DNA of 63,751 bases, counting the filler, from Lama guanicoe (lineage: Eukaryota): NCBI GenBank assembly GCA_013239625.1. It is 139 parts of 139 records of this genome, joined end to end, with 100 filler letters (N's around TTAATTAATTAA, not from the genome) between each part and the next. Parts side by side here need not be neighbours in the genome. Positions count along the whole stretch, not along the records: positions 62,008 to 62,368 come from PNXV01058109.1; positions 62,469 to 62,829 come from PNXV01058110.1; positions 62,930 to 63,290 come from PNXV01058111.1; positions 63,391 to 63,751 come from PNXV01058112.1; 135 more parts are not named here. One strand, given 5' to 3'. Positions 61,908 through 63,751 of this stretch are shown one piece after another. The notes below the pieces were generated by a model that had not been told where the DNA came from, made no database searches, and saw only the letters and a program-made list of their open reading frames with translations. The position numbers and the translations under genes are program-made. Position 1 is the first letter of the stretch. Each line of letters opens with the position of its first letter.

Positions 61908-62468
61908 NNNNNNNNNNNNNNNNNNNNNNNNNNNNNNNNNNNNNNNNNNNNTTAATTAATTAANNNNNNNNNNNNNNNNNNNNNNNNNNNNNNNNNNNNN
62001 NNNNNNNGAACAAAGGAACATTCAAACAGGAAAAGCCTCTGGCCGAGAAAGTGCGCCCGTGAAAGACCCCTGACTCAAAGCACGGAGTTCTTCTTGGGCG
62101 ACCTGTGTGAGGAAAGTGTGCGTGATGGACAGGTCCCAAGGCTGGGGTCCTGGGGGTGCTCCTGGATTCATTGCTGAGGTGAGAAAAGTCTTCTCAGCCA
62201 TGACTTAATGCCAAGTGTGAGAAAGATGTTGAAAAAGATTTAATGAAACCTTTTGGACACCTCACTGGTGATTGAATTATTAATTTTCACTTGATCGGGG
62301 CTTATCAGTATCTGGATCAGGCTGATTTCATTTCTTCTTGCTGTGTTCTAGAGTAAAGTAATTTATTANNNNNNNNNNNNNNNNNNNNNNNNNNNNNNNN
62401 NNNNNNNNNNNNTTAATTAATTAANNNNNNNNNNNNNNNNNNNNNNNNNNNNNNNNNNNNNNNNNNNN

Positions 62469-62829
62469 ATACCATGTTCTTGGATTGGAAGAATCTATAT
62501 TGTTAAAATAGCCATACTACCCAAGGCAATATAGCGATTCAGTGCAATCCCTACCAAATTACCAATGACATTTTTCACAGAGCCGGAACAAAAACTCTTA
62601 AAATTTGTATGATAACACAAAAGACCCCAAATAGCCAAAACAGTCTTACAAAAGGAGAATGGAGCTGGGAAAATCATACTCCCTGACTTCAGACAATAAC
62701 ACAAAGCTACAGTAATCAAAATAGTATGGTACTTGCACAAACACAGACACAACGGAACAAGATAGAAAGTACAGAAATAAACCCACACAGTTATGCTCAA
62801 TTAACCTAGGACAAAGGAAGCAAGAATAT
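62469..62829 (+). mobile_element. LINE-1 ORF2 fragment
   Basis: PCSWIGRIYIVKIAILPKAI*RFSAIPTKLPMTFFTE...ILPDFRQ*HKATVIKIVWY. Confidence 0.95.
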
Positions 62830-62929
62830 NNNNNNNNNNNNNNNNNNNNNNNNNNNNNNNNNNNNNNNNNNNNTTAATTAATTAANNNNNNNNNNNNNNN
62901 NNNNNNNNNNNNNNNNNNNNNNNNNNNNN

Positions 62930-63290
62930 TACTCCAAATGACAGAAGCACCTGGGTTCTATTAGAATCCCTTAGCTTGAGTTCCATTATTGTTTCCTTAG
63001 GCCGGACCATGATGGAAAACTGGGGGTTGGGCTTGGAAGCCAATAAGCAGCGAATACCCCCTGATGGACTGAGGAAGTTCTTAGAGGAATTCCCCCGAAA
63101 TGGACACACCTAAGCTCCCATTCATCTGCGTGGTTTGGGGCTCCACACCACCCCTCCACACAAGGATGTGTTCCAGAATCCTGAGTATGGGGTAGTTCCT
63201 CCAAGCGACATCAGTGACTTGGTTTTAATACCATCCTTTTCCTTGTCTTCCCTGATGATTTGCGTAGGCCAGAGTGTGGTTGAAAGTTGG
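62930..63290 (-). repeat. Satellite DNA, 267-bp period, same family as 17417-17774
   Basis: TACTCCAAATGACA at 62930 and TCCTCCAAGCGACA at 63197 are 267 apart. The reverse complement aagggattctaatagaacccaggtgcttctgtcatttggag matches aagggattctactagatcccaggtgttgctgtcacttggag near 17512-17552. Confidence 0.88.
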
Positions 63291-63751
63291 NNNNNNNNNN
63301 NNNNNNNNNNNNNNNNNNNNNNNNNNNNNNNNNNTTAATTAATTAANNNNNNNNNNNNNNNNNNNNNNNNNNNNNNNNNNNNNNNNNNNNTGTCTTTAAT
63401 ATCTTCTTGGGAAGTAACACTAGAATTAGGAAGATTATGCAGTAAATAGTAGAGGAAAACCTAAAAAGAAAATGAAATACTTAACAAATAATGAACAGTG
63501 TCTACCAGTGGTGGGGCTTCACCTCATGGAAGCTTGTAGAGGGGCAGCTCAAGGAAGGGTCTTCATCTCCACTGTGTCTCCCCTCTGAGAGTGAGGGTGT
63601 TGCATGTCCATGGATGTGTGTGTAACCAGTGTGGGAAGGCCCAGTTCTGGAAGGCTTGGCAAGGAGTACCTGCTTCCGCTCCCTCCAGATCTGGCCTCCT
63701 GCAGATCTCCAGTCAGCTTTAGTCCCTGGGAATTTTCTGGGAAACCAATAA

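Overview
This is not contiguous genome. It is an artificial concatenation of 139 short, unrelated contigs (357-361 bp, roughly ascending in length) joined by 138 identical 100-bp spacers (N44-TTAATTAATTAA-N44, with stops in all six frames). The source is a camelid. Evidence: two tRNA-Ala-derived vic-1-type SINEs, camelid/cetartiodactyl-type LINE-1 3' ends, and two fragments of a 267-bp satellite, whose monomer length I recall being reported for South American camelids. Most identifiable sequence is transposon debris (L1, L2, MIR, CR1/L3, MaLR/ERV LTRs, Tigger1). Six real gene fragments are recognisable from remembered human orthologues: C1orf94, a KRTAP6-family C-terminus with its 3'UTR, the OR2T1-like 5' end, USP3, KIF21A and a TNFRSF10 (TRAIL receptor) exon. 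There are also a few CpG-island fragments and unidentified candidate exons. Nearly all ORF-track entries are spurious or run into the spacer. Adjacency between contigs carries no biological meaning, and I find no multi-gene novel system. The best leads are an apparent A/B alternating (dimeric) structure in the 267-bp satellite, an oddly diverged CpG-retaining L1 ORF1, internally deleted L1 copies, a readable CR1 fossil and a small tandem palindrome. Repeat subfamily names and boundaries are by-eye estimates.
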